A DNA stretch of 64,000 nucleotides, from contig CAYMSM010000036.1 in the NCBI GenBank assembly GCA_964393105.1, positions 29,589 through 93,588 on the forward strand. The letters run 5' to 3'. Under the pieces are notes generated by a model. That model was not told where the DNA came from, did no database searches, and saw nothing but the letters and a program-made list of their open reading frames with translations. The stretch is from an uncultured Bifidobacteriaceae bacterium (GTDB taxonomy: Bacteria > Actinomycetota > Thermoleophilia > Miltoncostaeales > Miltoncostaeaceae). The translations under genes and the position numbers were made by a program. Shown in pieces: positions 47,319-56,325 of the stretch; within the stretch, counting starts at the first letter, position 1; every line of letters starts with the position of its first letter.

Positions 47319-47490
47319 GAATCCGGCTGCACCCTTCGTAAGGCGTACATGGCAACTGCGCGACAAACTGATCGCGTATGACGCGGCGTGCGTTGCGTTG
47401 GTCGAGGCGCTTGCCGCCCCGCTCGTCACGACCGACGGGGGTTTGGCACGCGAGCACGGGCACTCGGCCGATGTCCATCTCATTGGGTAG
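47319..47490 (+). pseudogene. C-terminal remnant of a PIN-domain (VapC-like) toxin
   Basis: WQLRDKLIAYDAACVALVEALAAPLVTTDGGLAREHG... matches VapC C-termini. No N-terminal PIN half and no antitoxin. Confidence 0.5.
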
Positions 47491-47588
47491 CCGATGCGCG
47501 GTCGCTGTCACGTCTCGCTGGTAGTTTCCGAGCCGTCACCACCTGAGGGAAAGGGATCGCCACGAGTCGCACCGAACGCACCGCGCCC

Positions 47589-48446
47589 TTGCGGGAAGGA
47601 CTGGAGCAGCGCGTCGATGTGCTGCTGGAGGCCCTGCCGTACATCAGGGAGTTCGCCGGGGCCACGATCGTCATCAAGTACGGTGGCGCGGCGATGACCG
47701 CACCCGAGCTCAAGTCATCGTTCGCGCGCGACGTCGCGCTGCTCAAGCTCGTGGGGATGAACCCCGTGGTCGTGCACGGTGGCGGACCCGACATCTCGCG
47801 CTACTCGGACCGGCTCGGCCTGGCGGTCAAGTTCGTCGACGGACTGCGGGTGACCGATGCCGACACGATGGAGCTCGTCAAGATGGTGCTGGTCGGCAAG
47901 ATCAACACAGAGATCGTCTCGCAGCTTCGCGTGGCGGGCGTGCAGGCCGTCGGCCTCTCCGGCGAGGATGCCGGCCTGATCAGCGCCCGAAAGGCCGAGC
48001 ACCCCGACGCCGATCTGGGCTTTGTCGGTGACATCGAGGCGTTCGACACTCATGTGCTGGAGCGGCTGTCGGACTTCGTGCCGGTCGTCGCGTCGGTGGG
48101 GGTCGATGCCGACGGCCAGAGCTACAACATCAACGCCGACACGGTCGCGGGGGCGCTCGCAGCCGCGCTCAAGGCGCGTCGCGTGTTGTTCCTGACCGAT
48201 GTCGAGGGACTGCTGGCGGACGTCGATGACCCCTCGAGCCTGATCAGCGAGTGCGATCTTCCCGAGCTCCACCAACTGATCGACGGCGGTCAGGTCGGCG
48301 CGGGGATGTTGCCCAAGCTCAACGCGGTCGCAACGGCCCTGGGCGGTGGCGTGGAGGCGGCCCAGATCGTGGACGGCCGCGTCCCCCACGCGCTGCTGAT
48401 GGAGCTCTTTACCGAAGCGGGCGTCGGGACGAAGATCACCGCATAG
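47589..48446 (+). CDS. argB: acetylglutamate kinase
   Basis: VIKYGGAAM, VVVHGGGP and NINADTVAGALA motifs. TTG start. Confidence 0.9.
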   Translation: MREGLEQRVDVLLEALPYIREFAGATIVIKYGGAAMTAPELKSSFARDVALLKLVGMNPVVVHGGGPDISRYSDRLGLAVKFVDGLRVTDADTMELVKMVLVGKINTEIVSQLRVAGVQAVGLSGEDAGLISARKAEHPDADLGFVGDIEAFDTHVLERLSDFVPVVASVGVDADGQSYNINADTVAGALAAALKARRVLFLTDVEGLLADVDDPSSLISECDLPELHQLIDGGQVGAGMLPKLNAVATALGGGVEAAQIVDGRVPHALLMELFTEAGVGTKITA

Positions 48447-48457
48447 CGGTGTGACAG

Positions 48458-48625
48458 CTAGTGGTGTGACATCAAAATGGCGTGCCTGTATCCCTGCGCG
48501 AGAGCGAGCGAGGCGGTGAACGCAGGTCGTCGTGAATATCGGGAATATTCGCGATACCGAGGACGCCGCATCGCGACGCTCGCAGCCAGGGAGACTCCAC
48601 CGCTATTTCGATGTCGCACCACTAG
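48458..48625. repeat. 168-nt quasi-palindromic element
   Basis: CTAGTGGTGTGACATC (48458-48473) versus GATGTCGCACCACTAG (48610-48625). The arms stay roughly 75% complementary inward to an AT-rich apex at 48531-48558. Confidence 0.6.
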
Positions 48626-49083
48626 GCCGCGTAGCGGGAGAAGTCCAGGCAAAGCTCCGTACCCAGACCGGCGGGGCGGAACTCGACATGCTGCGCCAGG
48701 GCGCTGATGATCGACAGGCCCCGTCCCCGGGTTGCCGTGCTCGACGGCTCCGGAGGGTCGACAGGAGGGCTCCAAGGCGACGCGGCCCGACCTGAATCGA
48801 GGATACGTACTTGTGCGTCCTCATCACCCACCTGGAAGACGATCTCGACGAGCTCGCCGACGCGTGATCCGTGCTCGACAGCGTTGGCCACCGCTTCGCT
48901 CGTGGCCAGCGCCACCCGCCGGATGGCGTCGTCGCTCCAGCTCTGCTCGCGCAGCGCCTGACAGATCGCGGCACGGACGACGCCGATCGACACGGTGTCG
49001 GCCGGGATCAGCACCATCGAGGGTGTGGTGGCTCGGCAGTTCACGAGACGGTCGAGGGTCGGAGTATTGCCTTCATGTGTCAT
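48622..49083 (-). CDS. RsbW/SpoIIAB-like anti-sigma factor serine kinase (HATPase_c)
   Basis: EAVANAVEHG (N-box) and TATRGRGLSII (G-box). No adjacent STAS or sigma gene. Start uncertain (49083 or 49167). Confidence 0.7.
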   Translation of the reverse strand: MTHEGNTPTLDRLVNCRATTPSMVLIPADTVSIGVVRAAICQALREQSWSDDAIRRVALATSEAVANAVEHGSRVGELVEIVFQVGDEDAQVRILDSGRAASPWSPPVDPPEPSSTATRGRGLSIISALAQHVEFRPAGLGTELCLDFSRYAA

Positions 49084-49300
49084 GTATCGGCACCGAAGGG
49101 CAATTTCTCGACTCGTGGCGGTGCACCTGCCGGGCCGATTGCATCTCGTGATGGAGCCCTTCGGCATCAGGGCGCACGTACTTGCCTCGCGCGGCGACGG
49201 CGGACAGACTCCCGGGGCTCGAACCCCGACGAGAGGCCTGCCCGTGTCCGAACGCCGCCCAGACGCAACGACCGCCCGCTACCTTGCGCAGCCGCACGAG

Positions 49301-50506
49301 GTGCACCGCGTCGTGCTGCTCTACTCCGGTGGTCTCGACACGTCGGTGATGCTCAAGTGGATCCAGGACGAGTACGAGGCCGAGGTCGTAGCGCTGTGCA
49401 TCGATCTGGGGCAGCCGACGGACGACTTCGAGGCCATCCGCCAGAAGGCGCTCGACCTGGGCGCCGTGGCGAGCATCGTGGTCGACGCCAAGCAGGAGTT
49501 CGTCCGCGACTACGTCGGCCCGGCCATCCGCGCGAACGCCCGCTACCAGGGGACGTACCCGCTCTTCACGGCGCTGGGCCGGCCGCTCTTGGCCAAGCTC
49601 GCCGTCGAAGCCGCCCGGGCGCACGACGCAGATACGATTGCCCACGGCTGTACCGGCAAGGGCAACGACCAGGTGCGCATCGAGGCGACGGTCGCCACGC
49701 TCGCGCCGGAACTCAGGGTCATCGCGCCGGTCCGCGAGTGGCAGATGGGTCGCGACGAGGAACTCGCCTATGCGCGCGAGCACGGCATCCCGGTCTCGTC
49801 GACGGTCGAGCGTCCGTACTCCCTCGACGACAACCTGTGGGGGCGCTCCAGCGAAGGGGGGGTCATCGAGGACCCGGCCAACATCGTGCCCGACGATGTC
49901 TGCCAGCTCGTCACGGCGCCTCACCTGGCGCCGGATCGGGCCGAGGACGTCGTCATCACGTTCCGCGCCGGACTGCCCGTGGCACTCGACGGGCAGGAGA
50001 TGGAGCTCGTCGAGTTGATCCAGAAGGCCGCCGAGATCGCGGCGCGAAACGGTGTGGGCATCATGGACAACGTCGAGGATCGGGTCGTCGGGCTCAAGGT
50101 GCGTGACATCTATGAGGTGCCCGCGGCCGAGTTGATACTGCGCGCCCACAAAGAGCTCGAGAAGCTGGTCTTCACCGGACGGCAGAACCGCCTCAAGGCG
50201 TTGGTCGACTCGGAATGGGCACAGCTCTGTTACGAGGGGCTTTGGTACGAGCCGACGCTCGCGGACCTGAACGCCTACATCGACAACGCGAGCTCCGTCG
50301 TCGCAGGCGACGTCACCGTACGTTGCTACAAGGGGGGCGCGACCGTCGTGGCGCGCTCGTCACCGTACGGCCTCTACGACAAGAGCCTCGCGACGTTCGA
50401 TGCAGACGCGTCGTTCTCGCAGAACGCGAGTCCCGGGTTCATCGAGCTGTTCAGCTTGCAGAGCCGGATGGCCCACCAGATTCGCAAGGCGGTCGAGGAC
50501 CGATGA
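49301..50506 (+). CDS. argG: argininosuccinate synthase
   Basis: VVLLYSGGLDTS, AHGCTGKGNDQVR and SLDDNLWGRS motifs. GTG start. Confidence 0.95.
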   Translation: MHRVVLLYSGGLDTSVMLKWIQDEYEAEVVALCIDLGQPTDDFEAIRQKALDLGAVASIVVDAKQEFVRDYVGPAIRANARYQGTYPLFTALGRPLLAKLAVEAARAHDADTIAHGCTGKGNDQVRIEATVATLAPELRVIAPVREWQMGRDEELAYAREHGIPVSSTVERPYSLDDNLWGRSSEGGVIEDPANIVPDDVCQLVTAPHLAPDRAEDVVITFRAGLPVALDGQEMELVELIQKAAEIAARNGVGIMDNVEDRVVGLKVRDIYEVPAAELILRAHKELEKLVFTGRQNRLKALVDSEWAQLCYEGLWYEPTLADLNAYIDNASSVVAGDVTVRCYKGGATVVARSSPYGLYDKSLATFDADASFSQNASPGFIELFSLQSRMAHQIRKAVEDR

Positions 50507-51462
50507 GGCGCAGCCCGCCTCCACAGAACGTTCGAGTCGACCCAACCGATCCCGGTCCATGGGCGCGGGTGGGGAGCGGCCCGCGCGGGCTCGGGCTGGC
50601 GGCCGTCGCGGCGCCCAACGGCGTTGAGATCGCGCCCGACGAGCGGTCGCTGCGTCCGGTCAGGGGCGTCCCCTTCGCAACTCATGAGGCTCAGATCGTG
50701 GCCGACGGCACGCTGGCCCTGACCGTGGCGCCCAACGTGGCCCGTTCGATCCGGTTGCCGGACATGACCGGTGACTTCGACCGGCGGCCGCCTGGGCTGA
50801 TGGGTCTGGCAGGGGCGAGCCTGGCAAACGCCGGAATGTTGCTGGACGACACGGGCTGGCGCGCCGTGGTGCTTCCGAGCCTCGGTGACCTGGCCGCAGA
50901 CCTCGGACCGGGGCCGGTCGGGATCCGCGCCGACGGGCGTCGCGTCGCGGTCGTCCATGAGGGCGCCGTGTTCGAGCTCGAGATTCCCGGGGCCGCGACG
51001 ACCCAGGTTGAGACCACGTCGACCCCCAGAGCGATCGCCTACGCATCGGATGGCACGCTGCTTCGGGCCGATGGGGCGGGCTTCGGCGGCGAGGAGGGGT
51101 CCCCGATCGTCGAGATGACGGCGGCGTGTGCCGCGCCGCGGGTGCTCGCACGCCACGGTGACGGCTCGTGCAGCCTGTGGGACACAAGCACCGGCGAACG
51201 GCTTGGCTCCTGGACACCCGTCATACTGGGCCCGGTGTCGATCGGCCTCAACGCGGACGGCACGCTCGCATCGATGGGGACCCCGTTTGCCGATCCCGCC
51301 GTGGCATGTGTCGTGCGGGCGATCGACGGGGCGTTGGTTCGTCACATCGAGGGCGCTCGTACCATCGCGCTCGACCCGGCCGGCAAGGGGATGTTCGTCG
51401 GCGGGGAATGGGGGGCACTTTGGCTCGCCCCGATCACGGGCCCAACTTCCGAGGGAGATTGA
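50503..51462 (+). CDS. hypothetical protein, beta-propeller (WD40-like) repeats suspected
   Basis: ATGA overlap with argG. Recurrent DG-x-x-(L/V)A motifs and SCSLWDTSTGERL. Ends VGGEWGALWLAP. Confidence 0.6.
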   Translation: MRRSPPPQNVRVDPTDPGPWARVGSGPRGLGLAAVAAPNGVEIAPDERSLRPVRGVPFATHEAQIVADGTLALTVAPNVARSIRLPDMTGDFDRRPPGLMGLAGASLANAGMLLDDTGWRAVVLPSLGDLAADLGPGPVGIRADGRRVAVVHEGAVFELEIPGAATTQVETTSTPRAIAYASDGTLLRADGAGFGGEEGSPIVEMTAACAAPRVLARHGDGSCSLWDTSTGERLGSWTPVILGPVSIGLNADGTLASMGTPFADPAVACVVRAIDGALVRHIEGARTIALDPAGKGMFVGGEWGALWLAPITGPTSEGD

Positions 51463-51463
51463 A

Positions 51464-52114
51464 TTGAGCACCAACCGCCTGCGTCCTGATCTGATCCCCA
51501 ATGACGCGGGGGCGTGGTCGATCATCTCGTTCGCACGCGAGGCCCAGGGCGCCCAGCTGATCGGCCGGGGCGGGCGACGGAGGCAGACCTCTGCGGCGCT
51601 GTTGTCGGATTTCGCGCCCGCGATCCCACTCGATCGGCCCGGGCTGGACGAGTCGCTCGGCGTGGCGGGGGGCGGCCTGATCCGCCTGGTCGCGATGCAC
51701 CGCGAGGGTGCGCGGTCGCTGTACTTTGAGGACGGCGGCGCGACGCTGCGCGGTGTCCACATGAAGGTCATCCGCCGCTGGTCGGTGCCCGGCCTCGAGG
51801 TCGGGACGCATGAGTACCCCGACACGGACCCAGCGGCCGCGTTGCCGCGGCCGGCGGCCCCGAGCGCGCTTGTCGGACCGGTCGACGGCGAGGTCTTCGC
51901 GCCTGGCGGTCGCCTGTCTGCCGCCCCGGTCAAGTACGGCCGGCTATTCGGTGTCGCGTTCATCCGTCGTCCGGAGCGAACCCTGGTGCGCTTCATCGGC
52001 GGTGCCGCGTGCGCGGCGTGGACCGAGGACGGTCAGATGCTCGCCGTGGGCGGCGACTGGGGAGTCATCCTGGCGGTGCCTGCGGGAGACTCGCCGTCTC
52101 CACGCCCCGGATGA
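51464..52114 (+). CDS. hypothetical protein, C-terminus paralogous to the preceding gene
   Basis: TTG lies 1 nt after the upstream stop. Ends EDGQMLAVGGDWGVILAVP, compared with VGGEWGALWLAP in the neighbour. Confidence 0.55.
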   Translation: MSTNRLRPDLIPNDAGAWSIISFAREAQGAQLIGRGGRRRQTSAALLSDFAPAIPLDRPGLDESLGVAGGGLIRLVAMHREGARSLYFEDGGATLRGVHMKVIRRWSVPGLEVGTHEYPDTDPAAALPRPAAPSALVGPVDGEVFAPGGRLSAAPVKYGRLFGVAFIRRPERTLVRFIGGAACAAWTEDGQMLAVGGDWGVILAVPAGDSPSPRPG

Positions 52115-52155
52115 CATGAAATGCGCGAGAACCGTCTGCTGGTAAGGGGTCGATC

Positions 52156-52184
52156 CCGGGGTGCGAAGTGACCCTTCCGTGCAG
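52156..52184 (+). repeat. intergenic repeat family 2, copy 2
   Basis: CCGGGGTGCGAAGTGACCCTTCCGTGCAG. Confidence 0.6.
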
Positions 52185-52207
52185 CGCTCGGAGGGGGTCG
52201 CACTGAT

Positions 52208-52711
52208 CTACAGGGCGGCGGTGATGACCTGCGAGGCGTCGAACTCGATCAGCGCGACCGAAAGCCACAAGGCCCCGATCGCGAGGGCGGTTGGGAAGAC
52301 GTAGCCGATCGTCTTGTCGCTGTTCGAGGTTGCGCGGATCGCCTTCCACAACCGGTAACCGGCCATAGCCGCCATCAACACGCCGGCACCCGCCAGTGGG
52401 ATCAGCCACGCGGGTCGCGGATCGACCGCGAGCACGCGGTTTCCGACATAGGCGGTGACGCCACCGACGGCGAGCAGTGACGCCCACGGGCCCACGAGCG
52501 GCACGACCATGTTCGACACGATCGCGATCAACGCGACCGACACGATGATGAAAGCGGCCGGCTGAAGATCCTTCACGACGAAGACGACGTCGTCCACTGG
52601 GTGCCCCGATGTCCATGAGGTGAGCTCGCCCACTGCGGAGCCCGGTGTGTTCTTATCGGCGCGCTCGCCCCCCGAGTCAATAGTTGCGGAGAAATAACCC
52701 GCACGCACCAT
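52208..52711 (-). CDS. hypothetical membrane protein
   Basis: About 4 TM segments after a soluble N-terminus. No family recognised. Confidence 0.6.
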   Translation of the reverse strand: MVRAGYFSATIDSGGERADKNTPGSAVGELTSWTSGHPVDDVVFVVKDLQPAAFIIVSVALIAIVSNMVVPLVGPWASLLAVGGVTAYVGNRVLAVDPRPAWLIPLAGAGVLMAAMAGYRLWKAIRATSNSDKTIGYVFPTALAIGALWLSVALIEFDASQVITAAL

Positions 52712-52832
52712 CAGTAGCGCCCGCGGGACCCGCGATGCACTGCATCTGGGGTTGCCGGCCGCTTGCTCGCGTCCGGGGACAAAGCTAGCCTGACCCCCCT
52801 ATGCCGTCATCCAAGCGAGAGCGCCGCACACG

Positions 52833-55800
52833 GTGAGCGCCAACGGGGCATTCGCCCACCTTCACGTCCATTCCGACTACTCGATCCTGGACGGCGCCTG
52901 CAAGATCGGGCGCCTGCTCGATCGGGTCGAGGAGATCGGCCAGTCGGCCGTCGCGCTGACCGACCACGGTGTCATGAGCGGGGCTGTCGAGCTCGTCAAG
53001 GAGTCCCGTAAGCGCGGGATCACTCCGATCGTCGGCCTCGAGGCGTACGTGGTGCCCGACCATGCGGCGCGTCCGCCGCGCGAGAGCCGAGCCCACCTGA
53101 CGCTGCTCGCCGAGACCACCCAGGGCTACTACAACCTGATCAAGTTGTGCTCCGCCGGGTACCTCAACGGCTACCACCGGCGGCCGCGCATCGACCACGG
53201 GCTGATGAGCCGGCACGCGGACGGCATCATCGTGCTGTCCGGCTGTCTGTCGGGGACGATCTGCTCGCACCTGGAGAACGACGACCTGGGCGCCGCCCGG
53301 CAGGAGCTCGACGCGCTCTGCCACATCTTCGGTCCCGAGGATGTCTACTTGGAGCTCCAGGACTCCGGGATCGAGAAGCAGAAGCGCATTAACGCGCACC
53401 TGGCGCGGCTCGCGAAGGACACCGGTCGCACCTTGATCGCCACCGGCGATGTCCATTACGTCTGCCACCAGGATGCCGACGCCCACGAGGCCCTGCTGGC
53501 CATCCAGACCCGGGACGTGCTGTCGAACCCGAACCGCTTCAAGTTCGACACCAAGGAGTTCTACCTCAAGTCCGCCGACGAGATGCTGCTCGCGCTGTCG
53601 GAGTACCCAGAGTCGCTCGCCGCCACGCTCGAGGTGGCCGAGCGTTGCAGCGGCCTGGAGCTCCCTCTCGGTGACCCGCGTCTGCCCTCGTTCCCGGTGC
53701 CCGCGGGCGAGACCCCCGCCAGCTACCTGGAACGTCTGTGCCGGGAGGGATTGGATCGCCGGTACGGCACGATGTGGCGGGCCGAGGCCGAGGAGCGGCT
53801 GCGGTTCGAGTTGGACGTGATCGAGGAGATGGGCTTCGCCGGCTACTTCCTGATCGTGTGGGACTACATCAGATGGGCGCGCGACAACGGGGTGGCAGTC
53901 GGCCCGGGGCGCGGATCGGCTGCAGGCTCGCTCGTCGCGTACGCGCTGCGCATCACGGACCTCGATCCCATCGAGCACGGCCTGCTGTTCGAGCGGTTCC
54001 TCAACCCGGGCCGCAAGAGCATGCCCGACATCGACACCGATTTCTCGGTGCGCGGCCGCGACGCCGTGGTGCGGTACGTGACCGAGAAGTACGGCTCCGA
54101 CGCGGTGGCCCGCATCGGTACGTTCGGCAAGCTCCTGGCACGCGCGGTCGTGCGCGACGCCGGTCGCGTGCTGGGCTTCACCTACGGCCAGGTGGACCGG
54201 ATCGCCAAGCTGGTGCCGGAGCGTCCGATCGGCGTCAAGCTGGAGGACGCGCTCAAGGCCGGTTCCGAGCTGGCAACCTCGTACGACACCGACGACGTGA
54301 CCAGGCAGATCGTCGACACGGCCCGTCCCCTCGAAGGGCTGGTGCGTAACGAGGGCGTGCACGCAGCCGGCGTCGTTATCGCCCCCGGCGCGGTCACCGA
54401 CTTCCTGCCGGTGCGGGTCGACGACGAGGGCAACGTCGTCACCCAGGTCCCGGACCACGACGTGGAGGCCCTCGGCCTGCTCAAGATGGACTTCCTGGGT
54501 CTGCGCAACCTCGACGTCATCGAGGATTGCGTGGCGCTGATCGAGCGCGACACCGGCGACGGGCTCGACATCGACACGGTCAGCCTGGACGACGAGGCCA
54601 CCTACCGCATGCTCGCGCGCGGTGACGCCCTCGGCGTGTTCCAGTTCGAGTCGACCGGGATGCGCGAAGCCCTGCGCGAGGTCGGTCCCACGGAGTTCGC
54701 CGATTTGGTTGCGCTCGTGGCCCTGTATCGCCCGGGTCCCATGGCGTTCATCTCGACGTACGCCAAGAACAAGCGAAACCCCGGCGTCATGCCTCCGCTC
54801 GACGACGAGCGGCTCGCGCCGATCACGGGCCCCACCTATCAGGTGGCGATCTACCAGGAACAGCTGATGGCGATCTCTCGGGCGATCGCCGGCTTCTCGC
54901 CCTCGCGCGCCGACGATCTTCGCAAAGCCGTCGGCAAGAAGGACAAGGTTCTGATGGCCTCCCTGCGGGAGGAGTTCATCGCCGGATGCCAGGAGAGCGG
55001 CACACGGCCCGACGTCGCCAGGCGACTCTGGGGGCTGTGCGAGGCTGCCGGCGACTACTCCTTCAACAAGAGCCACGCCGCCTGCTACGCCCTGCTCGCG
55101 TACCGCACCGGGTACCTCAAGGCCAACTACCCGGCCCAGTACATGGCGGCGCTCCTGTCGTCGGTCATGGACACCAAGGACCGCGTGCCGTTCTACGTCA
55201 ACGCCTGCACCGAGATGGGCCTGGCAGTGCTCCCGCCCGACGTCAACGCCAGCGCGAGCGACTTCGCCGTCACCGGTGAGTGCGAGATCCGGTTCGGTCT
55301 CTCGGCCGTCAAAGGTGTGGGTGAGGCCGCGGTCAACGCCATCGTCGCGACGCGCGAAGCCGACGGCGAGATCGTCTCGATCTTCGACTTCTGCCGGCGG
55401 GTCGACCAGGCGCAGGTCAACAAGCGGGCGCTTGAGAGCCTGCTGCGAAGCGGCGCGCTCGACTCGACCGGGGCATCACGCAAGGGCATGCTGGATGCGC
55501 TGCCGCAGGCGATGGGGCAGGCTGCGCGGCGACGCAACGACGAGGCTTCGGGCCAGGAGTCGCTCTTCGGGACGATCGAGGGAACGGGTCCCATCGAGGT
55601 CGATCCACCGCTGGATCCCGAGGAGCTCAGCCGCGAGGAGGTCCTGCTGGGCGAGAAGGAGGCCCTGGGCGTCTACGTCTCGGGCCACCCCCTCAAGGAC
55701 TGCCGGCGCCAGTTGGCCCGTGCCGTGACCTGCGGGCTGGGCATGCTTGGGGAGCGTCGCGATCGCGAGACCGTGACCGTGGGGGGCATCATCGGCGCGG

Positions 55801-56264
55801 TCAAGGTGATCACGCGGCGTCAAGGCGACACCATGATGTTCGCGCGTCTCGACGACCTCGAGGGGTCCGTCGAGGTCGTCATCCCGTCCGCCGTCTACGC
55901 CGAGAGCCGTGAGCTGCTGCATGAGGACGCGCTCGTGCTCGTCACCGGTCAGGTCGACCAGAAGGGTGAGGGCGAGACCAAGCTCGTGGCCCGCACGGTC
56001 GTCTCGTTCATCCCCGAACCCGGCATGGAGGAGGATCGGTTGCTCGTCCGGATCGACGCCACCCGGTTCGCCCCGACCCACGTGGGCGAGCTCAAGCGGC
56101 TTCTGGCCGACCACTCCGGCAGCGCGCCGGTGATCGTCGAGATGCGCACGACCGAAGGGCCGGTCAGGTTGCGCTTCGGCGAGGAGTTCCGCGTCGACCC
56201 GGCCGACTCGAACCTCGTGGCGTCGCTCATGACCATGTTCGGACCGAGTTGCGTCACCTCGTGA
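52833..56264 (+). CDS. dnaE: DNA polymerase III alpha subunit
   Basis: 1143 aa. PHP domain FAHLHVHSDYSILDG. Palm GRGSAAGSLVAYAL and PDIDTDF. OB-fold near the C-terminus. Confidence 0.95.
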   Translation: MSANGAFAHLHVHSDYSILDGACKIGRLLDRVEEIGQSAVALTDHGVMSGAVELVKESRKRGITPIVGLEAYVVPDHAARPPRESRAHLTLLAETTQGYYNLIKLCSAGYLNGYHRRPRIDHGLMSRHADGIIVLSGCLSGTICSHLENDDLGAARQELDALCHIFGPEDVYLELQDSGIEKQKRINAHLARLAKDTGRTLIATGDVHYVCHQDADAHEALLAIQTRDVLSNPNRFKFDTKEFYLKSADEMLLALSEYPESLAATLEVAERCSGLELPLGDPRLPSFPVPAGETPASYLERLCREGLDRRYGTMWRAEAEERLRFELDVIEEMGFAGYFLIVWDYIRWARDNGVAVGPGRGSAAGSLVAYALRITDLDPIEHGLLFERFLNPGRKSMPDIDTDFSVRGRDAVVRYVTEKYGSDAVARIGTFGKLLARAVVRDAGRVLGFTYGQVDRIAKLVPERPIGVKLEDALKAGSELATSYDTDDVTRQIVDTARPLEGLVRNEGVHAAGVVIAPGAVTDFLPVRVDDEGNVVTQVPDHDVEALGLLKMDFLGLRNLDVIEDCVALIERDTGDGLDIDTVSLDDEATYRMLARGDALGVFQFESTGMREALREVGPTEFADLVALVALYRPGPMAFISTYAKNKRNPGVMPPLDDERLAPITGPTYQVAIYQEQLMAISRAIAGFSPSRADDLRKAVGKKDKVLMASLREEFIAGCQESGTRPDVARRLWGLCEAAGDYSFNKSHAACYALLAYRTGYLKANYPAQYMAALLSSVMDTKDRVPFYVNACTEMGLAVLPPDVNASASDFAVTGECEIRFGLSAVKGVGEAAVNAIVATREADGEIVSIFDFCRRVDQAQVNKRALESLLRSGALDSTGASRKGMLDALPQAMGQAARRRNDEASGQESLFGTIEGTGPIEVDPPLDPEELSREEVLLGEKEALGVYVSGHPLKDCRRQLARAVTCGLGMLGERRDRETVTVGGIIGAVKVITRRQGDTMMFARLDDLEGSVEVVIPSAVYAESRELLHEDALVLVTGQVDQKGEGETKLVARTVVSFIPEPGMEEDRLLVRIDATRFAPTHVGELKRLLADHSGSAPVIVEMRTTEGPVRLRFGEEFRVDPADSNLVASLMTMFGPSCVTS

Positions 56265-56325
56265 TCCGGGAATACCCCCGATCGTCGGCGGCGGGACGCG
56301 GCGGGCTGGTCTACGATCCGACGCG

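Noticed and set aside
48531-48558. ARG box (ArgR operator) in the AT-rich apex CGTGAATATCGGGAATATTCGCG
   Set aside because: The half-sites TGAAT and ATTC are present, but the spacing does not fit TGAAT-N4-ATTCA. The site also lies at the 3' ends of two convergent genes rather than in a promoter.
52785-55076. 763-aa ORF antisense to dnaE
   Set aside because: Same reasoning: this is a GC-rich shadow ORF opposite an unambiguous dnaE frame.
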